58,269 bases of DNA, taken from NCBI RefSeq assembly GCF_004010195.1, contig NC_057718.1:69083650-69141918 (forward strand), given 5' to 3'. Origin of the DNA: Chiloscyllium plagiosum (Eukaryota). Of the stretch, positions 47,141 to 58,269 are shown piece after piece; the stretch's first letter is position 1, and each line of letters opens with the position of its first letter. A model generated the notes under the pieces. It was not told where the DNA came from and ran no database searches. It saw only the letters and a list, made by a program, of their open reading frames with translations. Position numbers and translations under genes: made by a program.

Positions 47141-48420
47141 GCAAAGTAATTTGTTAAAGAGTCTAAAAAAGAGGTTTAGATAGGCTAAACGAGTGGATAT
47201 AAAATGTTTAGCTGAATACAAGGTAAAAAAAAATGAACTTGTTCAGTTTTATGGGAAGAAATGGGCTCAGTGGTTAGCACTGCTGCCTCACTGCATCAGG
47301 GACCCGAGTTTGATTACAACCTCGGGTGACTGCTCGTATGAAGTTTACTCATTCTCTCCTCGTCTGCGTGGGTTTCCTTCGGGTGCTCCAGTTTCCTTTC
47401 CACAGTCCAAAGCTATGTAGTTTGGGTGGATTGGCCATGCTAAATTGCCTATTGTGTCCAGGGATGTGCATGCTAGATGGGTTAGCCATGGTAACAAAGG
47501 GTTACAGTATTAGAATAGGCATGTGGGTCTGGATGTGTTTTTTCTTTAGAGGGTCAGTGTGGACTGGAGAGACAAGTGGCCTCCTTCCACAATTCCATGA
47601 CAAGTTTTATTGTATTTTATTTAAGTGGAGAGTGTAAAAAATTCTACAGAGGGATTTAGATCTCCTGTTACATGAAGTACCAAATATTTCAATGCGGGTA
47701 CACCAAATGATTTGGAAGTCTAATGAAATAGTCGTGTTTAATCCAAGAGAGCTCAAGAGTAAAAGCAAGGAAGTGTTGCAAGGATGTAGCTGTGAAGGGT
47801 GAGACCTGTATCTGGAATACAGTGTACAGTTAGTGTCTTCTCACTTAAGTTAGCATATGTTGCATTAACAGCTGTCCAAAGAATGTTCACTTGATTTTTG
47901 AGAAAAAGGAGTCATGTCATGAACTTCTTGGACCCATATCCACTGGATTTCAGAAGAATGAGAGTTAATCTTATCAAAAAATATAAGATCCTGGAGGTCT
48001 TTGACAGGGTGTCTGCCAATGAAATGCATCCTCTTGTGATTGAATCCGGAGCAAGAGGATAGGTCTTCCAATTTAGGATGAAATTAGGAGAATTTATTTT
48101 CTTGTAGAATCATTAGTCTATGGAATCTCTTCCCAGAGAACAGTGCAGATGGATCATTTAATATGTTTTAGGATATATTCAAGTTTGCGTTAAAGTTTTG
48201 ATTGACAAGGATGATGGTGGACAGCCAAGTCAATAAAGATCAATCTAAAAACCAAAAGAACTGAAAATGCTGTGAATCAGAAACAATAATAGAAATTTTT
48301 GGAAAAGCTCAGCAGGTCTGGCAGCATCTGTGGAGAGAAATCAGCATTAATATTTTGGGTTGAGTCACTCTTCCTTAGTTATAATCTCATTGAAAGAGCA
48401 GAGCAGGCTTGAGGGGTCAA
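47140..48420 (+). mobile_element. Old CR1 3' fragment with nested HE1-like SINE (47262-47600)
   Basis: SINE head GCTCAGTGGTTAGCACTGCTGCC. CR1 landmarks GGTGAGACC..CTGGAATACAGTGTACAG and TTCAGAAGAATGAGAG. Confidence 0.65.
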
Positions 48421-49269
48421 GTCTTGTATAATGAATTAGCAAACTGACGTGCTGCAGTTAAGCCAAGATTGACCTTAATTCAACAACATAGGAACATAAT
48501 CTATGAGTTGTTGAACAAAGTCATTACCCATTCCAATTGGCACAAAAGTTGCAGTATAGCAGATCTATTGTATGACTTGGAAATCAAAACATCAGCTACT
48601 AAATACTGTGCTACCTCAGCATAAACTCTGAGTCATTGCCAATTCCTTAGCTGTACAACTGAACAGAACCCATTTACAATTCATTACCTACAAGCATAAA
48701 TAGACTGCATATGGAATATAATTGTTCTCCTGAAATCTATGATTTTTTTCATAGAATCACTACAGTGTGGAAACAGACCATTCGGCCCAACAAGTCCAGA
48801 CTAGCCCAGAGATTCCCACCCAGACCCATTCTGACACAAGTCCGGATTTGTGATGTCTGCTGTATATTGTCCTTGCCTCCAATACAAACAGGAGAGCACT
48901 TAATTACTGTGGCACTGTAAACCATGAACTTGATGCAGGGTGTGTAATTTGTCATCAAACACTTTTTCTCAGCTGGTCTGGCAGCATCTGTGGAGAGAAA
49001 ACAGAGGTAAAGTTTTTAGTCTGGTGATCCTTTATTTTTCTCAGCTGGCCAAAGGCTGTGGCGGCAAACAGGATGTGATAGTGAGTTTCACCACTGATGC
49101 CTGCCCTTACAAACATTGAGGCTCCCATGGTATAGTAAATGATCCATAGTATTCTCTGTAAGTGCATTGATAATAGTTTGAGGCTTAGTCTCTGTGCCTG
49201 TGCACATGCAAGTGTCATCTGTGTATTACAATTTGACAGAGGTTGGAGGATCTGGGTTCTATACCGAAG

Positions 49270-51560
49270 TCAATGTGCATTTATCTGTTTCCTACCACTC
49301 TGTAAACTAGCTCCACTCTAGTAGGAAGTTTCTTGGATATTGCAGCAAGGAAGATGGAGAGTAGCACAGATATGACACAACCTAACTTGATTCCAGTTTG
49401 TGTTAGTAATGGCTCTGTGGTGGAGAGGATAGTGAAGAATTTCTGCAGGCAACCAAGTTTGAAGAGATTGTATAATCTTTCTTGGTTTATAGAATTGAAG
49501 GTCTTTGTGATATCAAAGGCAGCCATGAATAAAGGTAGCTGCTGCTCCCTGCATTTTTGTGGGCATATCCCCTGTGCCCCTTGCTGGATGAATATGCGTT
49601 GTGATTTCGGGAGGAGCTCTTCAATCATGGGGAAGATGATTGAGGATGATTCTTACAATGACCTTCCCTGTGGTGAACCACAGGAAGAGCCTTCTGTGAT
49701 TACTGAAATCTGTCCTATCTTCTTTTTTGAAAATAGTCCCAATTACATCAACTTGAAAACCAGCATCTGCTCCTTTTTTCAGATGAGATAATCTCCATGA
49801 GCTAAGAGTGTTTCTCTGCCATATTTAATATTTGCACAGAGATTCCATTGGCCCTGTTGGTTCACAGCTGGTAGATAGCCTTTTCAACCTCTTTCAGGCA
49901 CATTGTGCAGAGTGGTGATGAGTTGAATGCTGTGGAATGTGATCATAGGTACTCCATTAAGAACTCAGCTTTGATTAAGGAGATCCTGAAAGTGCTCCTT
50001 CCAATGAGACTGACTACTTCTCTGTTCTTGAAGAATGCCACTCCATTCTTCAAAGGGTATGTCTTAGAGTGCTTGCTGTAGATGGTCTTTGCTGTGCTGA
50101 AGAATATACACATTCCATGTCGAACTGAGTAACTGGTTTTCTTCCGTTGTTTACATCTACCATTTGTTCTTTAGGTCACAGGATTTTTTTCCTGGCCTTC
50201 ATCTTTCTGTAGATAAATTTACTGTTCTCAAGTCTTGGTGGTACTTTCAGTTCAGGAGCTCTTGCAACACTTGATCATTCCCATCAAGTCAGTTTTGATC
50301 TTTTTCTGGTGAACAAACACAAAGTCTCCTCAAATGTATTGTTTATGATGGATTTAAGAGCAGGTTAGTCACTGTCAACTCTCTATGTTTCCTATTCATT
50401 GAACATCATTAGGTTGGGTTTGATGTGTTAACAGAGTAGGTTTTTTTAGTGGAATTCTTGAGTTCATTGATTCATTAACTACCACTGGGTTCTTTTGGGC
50501 CAGGATGGAGGTTGTAAATAAGGTCAGACAATGGTGTCTGTGTCTCTGCACATGCAAACATTATCTGTATTTTGAAACATAATCCAGCAGATATCAGCTC
50601 CACGGTGTGCGTAATGCAAACATTTTTGTAGTCCATTGTTCAGGCAATGGTGTAGTCAATCAGATGCCAATTTCTGGAACAAGTGTGTACCTGTGAGGTT
50701 ATTTAGATTAGATTTTTTTCCCTACTGTATGGAAACAGGCCCTTCGGCCCAACAAGTCCACACCAACCCTCCAAAGGATAACCTACCCAGACCCATTCTC
50801 CAGCTATATATTTATCCCTGACTATTGCACCTGACCCTATGGGCAATTTAGCAAGGCCAACTCACCTGGCCAACATCTTTGGACTATGGGAGGAAATCGG
50901 AGCACCCAGAGGAAACACGCGCAGACACAGGGAGAACGTGCAAACTCCACACAGAATGTTGCCTGAGGCAGGAATCAAACCTGGGTCCCTGGCACTGTGA
51001 GGCAGCAGTGCTAATCACTGAACCACCGTGCTGTAATCCCTGATTTATTTATCTCTTTGATGAAATAAGGTATTTGTTATTACCAGACCAGGTTCTAGAC
51101 ATTTTGTTGTGAGGAGGACTCCACTGTTATGTGATTTCCCTCTGCCTTCCATCAGTTTTTGTACCTCCCAACTCTGACACTCAAATCACTAAGGAGAATC
51201 AACCCATCTCCCTTTAGGATATTGATTGATCATGGCTGGAGTAGAATACCACTTCAACCTCATTCATTGCTTCTAGGGTTGGGGTATTTGTACTGATGGC
51301 TGTGGTGTGCTACTTCTGGGTTAAGGTGAGTTTTGGGGTCATGAGGCATTCATTTATCTCACAGAGGAGGATTCCTGAGACAACTAATTTGTTATTTCAT
51401 GCTGAAGTCAGCACTAAGTCGTCTGTTGTTTTACCTTTTCCAGAAGAAGGTGAATCTGCTATCATATTCATTCAGCTGTCTTTCTCCTATCCACTATGTA
51501 TAACTTAGGGCAACAACATCAATGTTGTAGCTTTGGAATTCCTGAGTGATGGAAAAGGTG
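49270..51560 (-). mobile_element. Degenerate RTE-clade LINE (endonuclease to RT)
   Basis: ORF 49281-49628: ELLPKSQ..KCREQQLPLFMAAFDITKTFNSINQE..GCLQKF..TGIKLGCVIS, which are RTE-type RT motifs. Confidence 0.7.
50703..51032 (-). mobile_element. HE1-like SINE nested in the RTE element
   Basis: TTAGATTAGATT tail, body and head ..GCAGCAGTGCTAATCACTGAACCACCGTGCTG. Confidence 0.88.
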
Positions 51561-51964
51561 GGATATTCAGGTCCATCAGTGGTTCACGAGGGTTCTGATA
51601 TTTCAGGACTCATATTTCATTTTTGGGATGAAATATGCCTGTGCATGAGATGTTTTAATACGGGGTGGTAGTCGTATAGCAAATGTTTGGCCATAGGCTG
51701 TTGATAGGAATTGTCAAGAAATTGGAGACAAGCCTCCACTGCATGGGCAGGGACTAATACATACAGATGAAATTCCCCATGACTACCCCCTGCCTAGAGG
51801 ACTACGTTCTTGCTCGCTAGTGGGTTGGTGTTGAAGCAAAGAGGGTGCTCCACATCATTCAGCACCTGTAGGATCAGCAAAGACCCATTGCTGTCACAAC
51901 AGCAAATGGATAGGCAATCAGATCTTCCTTCTGTGCTGCCGCTACAGTTAATTCCTTACTACTC

Positions 51965-52710
51965 GCTGTGTGAAAAAATCATTTTGTCACTTTGCATTTG
52001 CTTGTTTTGCCAAATACTTTAAGACTGTGCCCTCTGACTCTTGATTCTTCTATGAGCTGTAACAATTTCTCCCTATTCACACTCTCTAGTCTCCATGTGA
52101 TTTTGAAAACTTCTATCAAATCTCCTCTACTTTTCTTCTCCAAGGAAAACAATCTCAATTTTTCAGATTTTTTTCTCAGAACTGAAGTGCCTCAAGCATG
52201 GAACCATTCTCATAAACATCTTCAGTGCTCTTTCCAATGTATCCACATCCTTTCAATAGTGTTGCACTCAAAACTGTAAACAATACTCTAGATGAGGTCT
52301 AACCAAGTCCTATATAAGTTCATTATAACTTCCCTGCCGATGTTAAACAATAGTAGAATACTCTATACTTTATTAACAGCTTTCTCTACTTGTCTTGTCA
52401 TCTTTAATGACTTATGCAGTTTTCTCTGCTCCTACATGCCATTTAGGTTGTAACCTTTTATTTTATACAATCTCTCCATTTTCACCTCACACTTCTCTGC
52501 ATTGAACTTCATCTGCTACCTATTTGCCCAATCCCCCAATTTGTCAATGTTCTTTCGACGTTCTACATTATCCTTCTCACAGTTATAATTCTTCCAAGTT
52601 TTGTGTCATCCACAACTTGGAAATTGTCCTCTGCACACCAAGACTTAGCTCATTAATATAAAACAGGAAAAACAGTTCCTCAATACTGACCCCTAGGAAC
52701 TCCACTACAC
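51965..52710 (-). mobile_element. Old CR1 3' fragment
   Basis: TGTGCCCTCTGACTCTTG..TGAGGTCTAACCAAG..CACCTCACACTTCTCTGCATTGAACTTCATCTG..AGTTTTGTGTCATC, the reverse of CR1 RT motifs. Confidence 0.7.
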
Positions 52711-52782
52711 TGTAAAGAATCTAAACTAATCTAAAGTAGGTGGTTGAGGGCAAAGTCAAATGGGTCTTTCACTGTTTAAAAA

Positions 52783-53056
52783 GGTGGCATGGTGGCTCAT
52801 GTGGTTAGCACTGCTGGCTCCACAGCACTGGGGTCCCAGGTTTGATTCCAACTCTCTGTGTGAAGTTTGCACATTCTCCCCGTGTCTGCATGGGTTTCCT
52901 TGTGCAGGCCAGATGAATTGGCCATGCTAATTTGCCCATAGTGTTAGGTGCATTAATCAGAGTGAAATGGGTCTGGGTGGGTTACTCTTTGGAGGGTTTG
53001 TGTGGACTGGTTGGGCCAAAGGGCCTGTTTCCATACTGTAGGGAAACTAATCTAAA
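52783..53056 (+). mobile_element. HE1-like SINE
   Basis: GGTGGCATGGTGGCTC head; tail GGGCCTGTTTCCATACTGTAGGGAAACTAATCTAA. Confidence 0.85.
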
Positions 53057-53688
53057 CCTTGTCTGAGCGTGGCTGTTGGTTTGTGTGCCGTTATGAGTCC
53101 TAGGGGTCGCAGTAGTCTGGCAGTCAGTTCCGAGATGCTCCTGATGTATGGTAGTGTGGCTAGTCCTTTTGGTTGTGATATGTCCTCGTTCCTTGGTCTT
53201 TCTCTTAGGCATCTGTTGATGAAACTAATGTAGTGTACAAAATACCATGCAAGGACTGCACTAAACACTATATAGGACAAACAGGAAGACAGCTAACAAT
53301 CCGCATACATGAACATCAACTAGCCACGAAACGACACGAACAGCTATCCTTAGTAGCCACACACGCAGACAACAAGCAACATGAATTCGACTGGGACAAC
53401 ACTACTATCATAGGGCAAGCCAGACAGAGAACAGCCAGGGAATTCCTAGAGGCATGGCATTCATCCACAAACTTCATCAACAAACACATCGACCTGGACC
53501 CAATATACCAACCACTACAGCGGACAGCTGAAACTGACAACCGGAAGCGGCAGGGACAGACCACTATAAACACTGGAGGAAACATCAAAGAGCTTCGCAG
53601 GAGGCTCCCAAGCACTGATGATGTCGCCTAGCCAGGAGACGAAATGTTTGCAACACAAACTTTCAGCTCGGCGAACAGAACCACAACA
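53057..53688 (+). mobile_element. Penelope-like element (second family): GIY-YIG endonuclease with inverted 5' segment
   Basis: ORF 53233-53631 reads VYKIPCKDCTKHYIGQTGRQLTIRIHEH..REFLEAWHS. 53057-53223 encodes the upstream ATLPYIRSISELTARLL segment on the minus strand. Confidence 0.9.
53611..53652 (+). ncRNA. Minimal hammerhead ribozyme motif in the PLE 3' repeat
   Basis: GCA-CTGATGA-T-GTCGCC-TAGCCA-GGAGAC-GAAA-TGTT-TGC. Confidence 0.7.
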
Positions 53689-53805
53689 TCTCTGACTGTA
53701 TAACATTTCTTTAAAATTACACTGAAGTGCAATCCTAGATTGGGCACTTTAGACCTTGACATAAACATGCAATTTCTCATTGAGAGCTAATAGTACAAAC
53801 AGTTA

Positions 53806-55805
53806 TAGAGTCATTGAGTCAAAGAGCTGTACATTATGGAAACAGATCCTTTGGTTCAACTCTTCCATGCTGACCAGATATGTTAAATTAACCTAGTCCC
53901 CTTTGCCAACATTTAGCCCATATCCCTCCAGACCATTCCTGTTCAATGGCCTGGTGGCTCAGTGGTTAGCACCACTGCCTCACAGCACCCGGGTCCCAGG
54001 TTTGATTCCAGCCTCGGGAGATTGTCTGTGTGGAGTTTGCACATTCTCCCCGTGTCTGCGTGGGTTTCCTCCCACAATCCAAAGATGTGCAGGTCAGGTG
54101 AATTGGTCATGCTAAATTGCCCATAGTGTTAGGTGCATCAGTCAGAGGGAAATGGGTCTGGGTTGGTTACTCTTCGGAGGGTCGGTGTGGACTGGTTGGG
54201 CCTGTTGCCATACTGTAGGGAATCGAATCTAATCTAAAATGTACCAGCTTCCACTACTTCCTCTGGCAGTCCATTCTATACACACGTGAAAAAGTTGCCC
54301 ATTTGGACTTTTTAAAATCTTTCCCCTCTCACCTTAAACCAATGTCGTCTAGTTTTAGACTCCCCTTCCCTGGGGAAAAGACCTTGGCTATTCATCCTTT
54401 CTATGCCCCTCATAAGTTTAATAAACTTCAATAAGGACACCCAACAGTCTCCGACACTCCAAAGGAAAATAGCCCCAGCTTATTCAGCCTCTCCCTATAA
54501 CTCAAACCCTCCAACTCTGGCAACACCTTATAAATCTTTTCTGAACCCTTTCAAGTTTCAAAATATCCTATCTATAGCAGGGAGACCAGAATTGAATGCA
54601 ATATTCCAGAAGTGTTCTAACAATTTCCTGTATAGCCACAACATGACCTCCCGACTCCTATATTCAGTGCACTGATCAATAAAGGAAAGCATACTAAATG
54701 CCTTCTTCACTATGCTATCTATCTCCGACTCCAATTTCAAGGAACAATGAACCTGTGCTCCAAGGTCTCTGTTCAGCAACACTCCCCAGGACTTATCATT
54801 AAGTGTACAAGTCCTGCCCTGATTTGTCTTTCCAAAATACAACATCTACATTTATCTAAATTAAACTCCATGTGCCACTCCCATCTGATCAAGGTCACAT
54901 TGTATTCTGAGGTAACCTTCTTCAATATGCACTACATCTCCAATTTTGGTGTCACCTGCAAACTTACTAACCATACCTCTTAAGTTCACATCCAAATCAT
55001 TTATATAAATGATAAAAAGCAATGGACCCAGCATCAATCCTTGTGGCACACAGCTGATCACAGGTCTTCGATCTGAAATGCAACCCTCCACTACCACTCC
55101 ACATATTCTACCTTTGAGCCAGTTTTGCATCCAAATGGCTAGTTCTCCCGCCTTCTATCTGATCTAACCTTGCTAACCAGTCTAACATGATGAACTTTGT
55201 CGAATGTCTTACTATATTTCACGTCCACCGCTGTGCCCCCCCCATCAATCCTCTTCTCTACTTCATAAGAACTCAATTGAAGTTAGTGAGACATGATTTC
55301 TCATGCCTTTTCAAATACAGATAAATCTGGTCGCTCAGGATCCCCTCCAACGACTTACCCACCACTGATGTCAGGCACACCAGTCTGTAATTCCTTGGCT
55401 TTTCCTTAACATTTTTTCTTAAACAGTGGCACAAAGTTAGCCCACCTCCAATCTTTAAGCACCTTATCTGTGGCTATTGATGACATAAATATCTTAGCAA
55501 TCATTTCCCTAGCTTCCCACAAAGTTTAGGGTACACCTGATCGGGTTCTGGGGATTTATCCACATTTATAAGACGTCCAGCACCTCCTCCTCTGTATTAT
55601 GGTCATTTTTCAAGATGCCGCTATTTATTTCCCCAAGTTCTCTAGCTTCCATATCCTTCCCCACAGTAAACATTGATGCAAAATATTAATTTAGTATCTT
55701 CCCCATCTCCTATGTTTCCACACAAAGGAGGCCTTGCTGATCTTTAAGGGGCCCTATTCTCTCCCAAGTTATCCTTTTGTCACTAACGTATTTGTAGAAC
55801 CTTGA
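53806..55805 (-). mobile_element. CR1/HER1-like LINE, 5'-truncated
   Basis: ORFs 54861-55130 (VPQGLMLGPLLFIIYINDLD..SKFAGDTKIG) and 54558-54845; tail ATAGAGTCATTGAGTC. Confidence 0.88.
53948..54236 (+). mobile_element. HE1-like SINE nested antisense in CR1
   Basis: GTGGCTCAGTGGTTAGCACC head; tail AATCTAATCTAA. Confidence 0.88.
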
Positions 55806-57339
55806 AGTTTTAGCACTGTTCCCCTTTAGAGAATTGGTCTTGTACTTCTAGATTGAATTCACATCAAAACAGCAGCAGCAAAGATGATTTAATGCCTTTC
55901 TTTTATTATCATACCTGTTTTGGGAAAAGAATTGCAGAATTAACTGACGCAGGTAAGTATAGAATTCTTCAGTATAGAATTTTTGTTTGTGTGTGTTTTC
56001 CATACTTTCTTCTAAGATTGTTTATTAGTTTTAAAGGACATCCCTAACCTAATTGTCTTTTTAAAAACAGTGCTGTCCTTGGCCATTTGTAAACAGGTAG
56101 TTTTATTTGAAGTAAAGAGAGGACTGGAGTACTTACAGATGTTTCTTGCTTCTTTTAAGGTACTATGCTTCAGTACAGGTTAGTACCTTTAAGTTTTTTG
56201 TATTTGTAATTTCAGCTCTGAACTTGACAGGTTGATGACTGTTGGGAAAATGATCTTGTGCAACTGCAACACTTGTCACTATTTCAGCCTTTATTAAGAT
56301 CTACTTACTGCCAATAACTAGCAGTCACCAGAAGTGTTCAGTGCCCACTTGCTGCCACCATCGTCATAAGCATGTTGCACTTTAGTTTTCTACATATTAG
56401 TCCATATGACACGTACCACAGAGAGTCAGTTTTGTTGAAACAGATCTCGCTGTTTATTAAGATCAATTATTTACATAGTACAAATATGATGGACACAATC
56501 TGTCACTTCCCAAGGCTCTGGAAATGTTAGTTCACCATCCATAACATGCCCAGGCCTTAGCTTCCCTCTATTGCTGACCGTTACAGAATCCACTTTGCAG
56601 CAAGGCAAGAATAAAATGCACTACAAAATAAAAATTCCAAATCCAAATTTATGAATCAAACCATACCATATTGTGTATATTCTGCAGTTTTACTATCTTT
56701 ACCTATCTGCATGTCAAACTTACTTTTAGTCTAACTCCTCACCCAAATCATTCTAAATCATTATAGGAGCTATGTCAGTTTCACCAGCTATAGACTAAGT
56801 CCAAAAACAAGATTCGTCCACTTTTGGGTTTTTTATACTATTAAATGTATCTCAGAATAAAACATATGTTTTTCATATAACAACAGAGACAAATCACCTG
56901 CATTGACCAATCTCATGTAACATGCAGAGCATACAGACCAGACTGGTCATCCAACCACCTGATTCTGGACTCTACAGAGTAGACCTTGGGGATCCTGGGC
57001 TTTGAGATTGTTATAATGGTGGGTCAGAATCCTGAAGTATTTATAGACAAGTTTTACTTTGAATTCTAAAATGTGTTGTTTTCGAAAGGATTGGTACAGA
57101 ATTAATATGCCGGTTCATTGACTGGCAAAGTTCTGCGTGAAGTCAATGGAATGTTACACAAGTAAATTGTGAAACTCCAAAAAGGGAGAAACTTTTCAAG
57201 AAGAGATAATGAGGGGCTGCTTATCTCGGTACTCCCAGCAGAAAGTCACCTATTGCAGAACTAAACAGAAAAGATGTTTAAAAGCTTGTTTCAAGTCCTT
57301 GCATGCTGTGAAAGTCATAGTCAAAGAATTACCCCCTAG

Positions 57340-58269
57340 TTACCCTAAAGAGAGAGCTCAGAAGAGCCAGGAGGAAACATGAGAAGTTGTTGGCAGATAG
57401 GATCAGGGTAAACCCTAAGGCTTTCAATAGGTATTTAAGGAATAAAAGAATGACGAGAGTAAAATTAGGGCCAATCAAAGATAGTAGTGGGAAGTTGTGT
57501 GTGGAGGAGATAGGGGAAGCACTAAATGAATATTTTTCAACAGTATTCACTCTAGAAAATACTGTTGTCGAGGAGATTACTGAGATACAGTAATGGGTGT
57601 GATTGAGGTTCACAAGGAAGACGTATTAGAAATCCTGCAGAGTGTGAAAATAGATAAGTCCCCTGGGCCGGATGGGATTTATCCTAGGATCCTCTGGAAA
57701 GCCAGGGAGGAGATTGTCGAGTCTTTGGCATTGATCTTTAAATCGTCATTGTCTACAGGAATAGCGCCAGAAGACTGGAGGATAGCAAATGTGGTTCCCC
57801 TGTTCAAGAAGGGGAGTAGAGACAATCCTGGTAATTATAGACCAGTGAGCCTTACTTCAGTTGTTGGTAAAGTGTTGGAAAAGGTTATAAGAGATAGGAT
57901 TTATAATCAACTAGAAAAGAATAATTTGATTAGAGATAGTCAGCACGGTTTTGTGAAGGGTAGGTCGTGCCTCACAAACCTTATTGAGTTCTTTGAGAAG
58001 GTGACCAAACAGGTAGATGAGAGTAAACCAGTTGATGTGGTGTATATGGATTTCAGCAAGGCGTTCGATAAGGTTCCCCACAGTAGGCTATTGTACAAAA
58101 GGTGGAGGAATGGGATTGTGGGAGATATAGCAGTTTGCATCAGTAATTGGCTTGCTGAAAGAAGACAAAGGGTGGTGGTTGATGGGAAATGTTCATCCTG
58201 GAGTCCAGTTACCAGTGGTGTACCGCAAGGGTCGGTGTTGTGGCCACTGCTGTTCGTCATTTTTATAAA
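57340..58269 (+). mobile_element. Young CR1 ORF2 fragment (RT N-terminal half); runs off the window end
   Basis: NPKAFNRYLRNKR, then KSPGPDGIYPRIL..PLFKKGSRDNPGNYRPVSLTSVVGK..YMDFSKAFDKVPH..GVPQGSVL, open to the window end. Confidence 0.93.

Overview
Eukaryotic, repeat-dense vertebrate DNA with no recognisable intact host gene. The repeat content points to a cartilaginous fish, most likely a shark: about 13 tRNA-headed HE1-like SINEs, CR1/HER1-like LINEs and Penelope-like elements. Most of the window is a layered mosaic of CR1-clade, Rex1/Babar and RTE LINE fragments, Penelope-like (GIY-YIG) elements with minimal hammerhead-ribozyme motifs, two truncated Gypsy LTR retrotransposons and decayed Harbinger nuclease and Myb/SANT genes. 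Four observations stand out. (1) Five poly(A)-tailed, stem-loop-ended units are stacked head-to-tail at the TATA-like site of a Gypsy LTR (17554-18880), suggesting a target-specific retroelement that parasitises another retrotransposon. (2) An element-free double hairpin at 2240-2442 has two identical 21-nt loops. (3) An apparently ORF1-less LINE carries a tRNA-like Pol III head and has a matching ~340-bp internally deleted derivative. (4) Several fold-back Penelope-derived mini-insertions carry 11-16 bp target-site duplications. Family names come from pattern recognition only; no database search was run, and the boundaries of old fragments are approximate.
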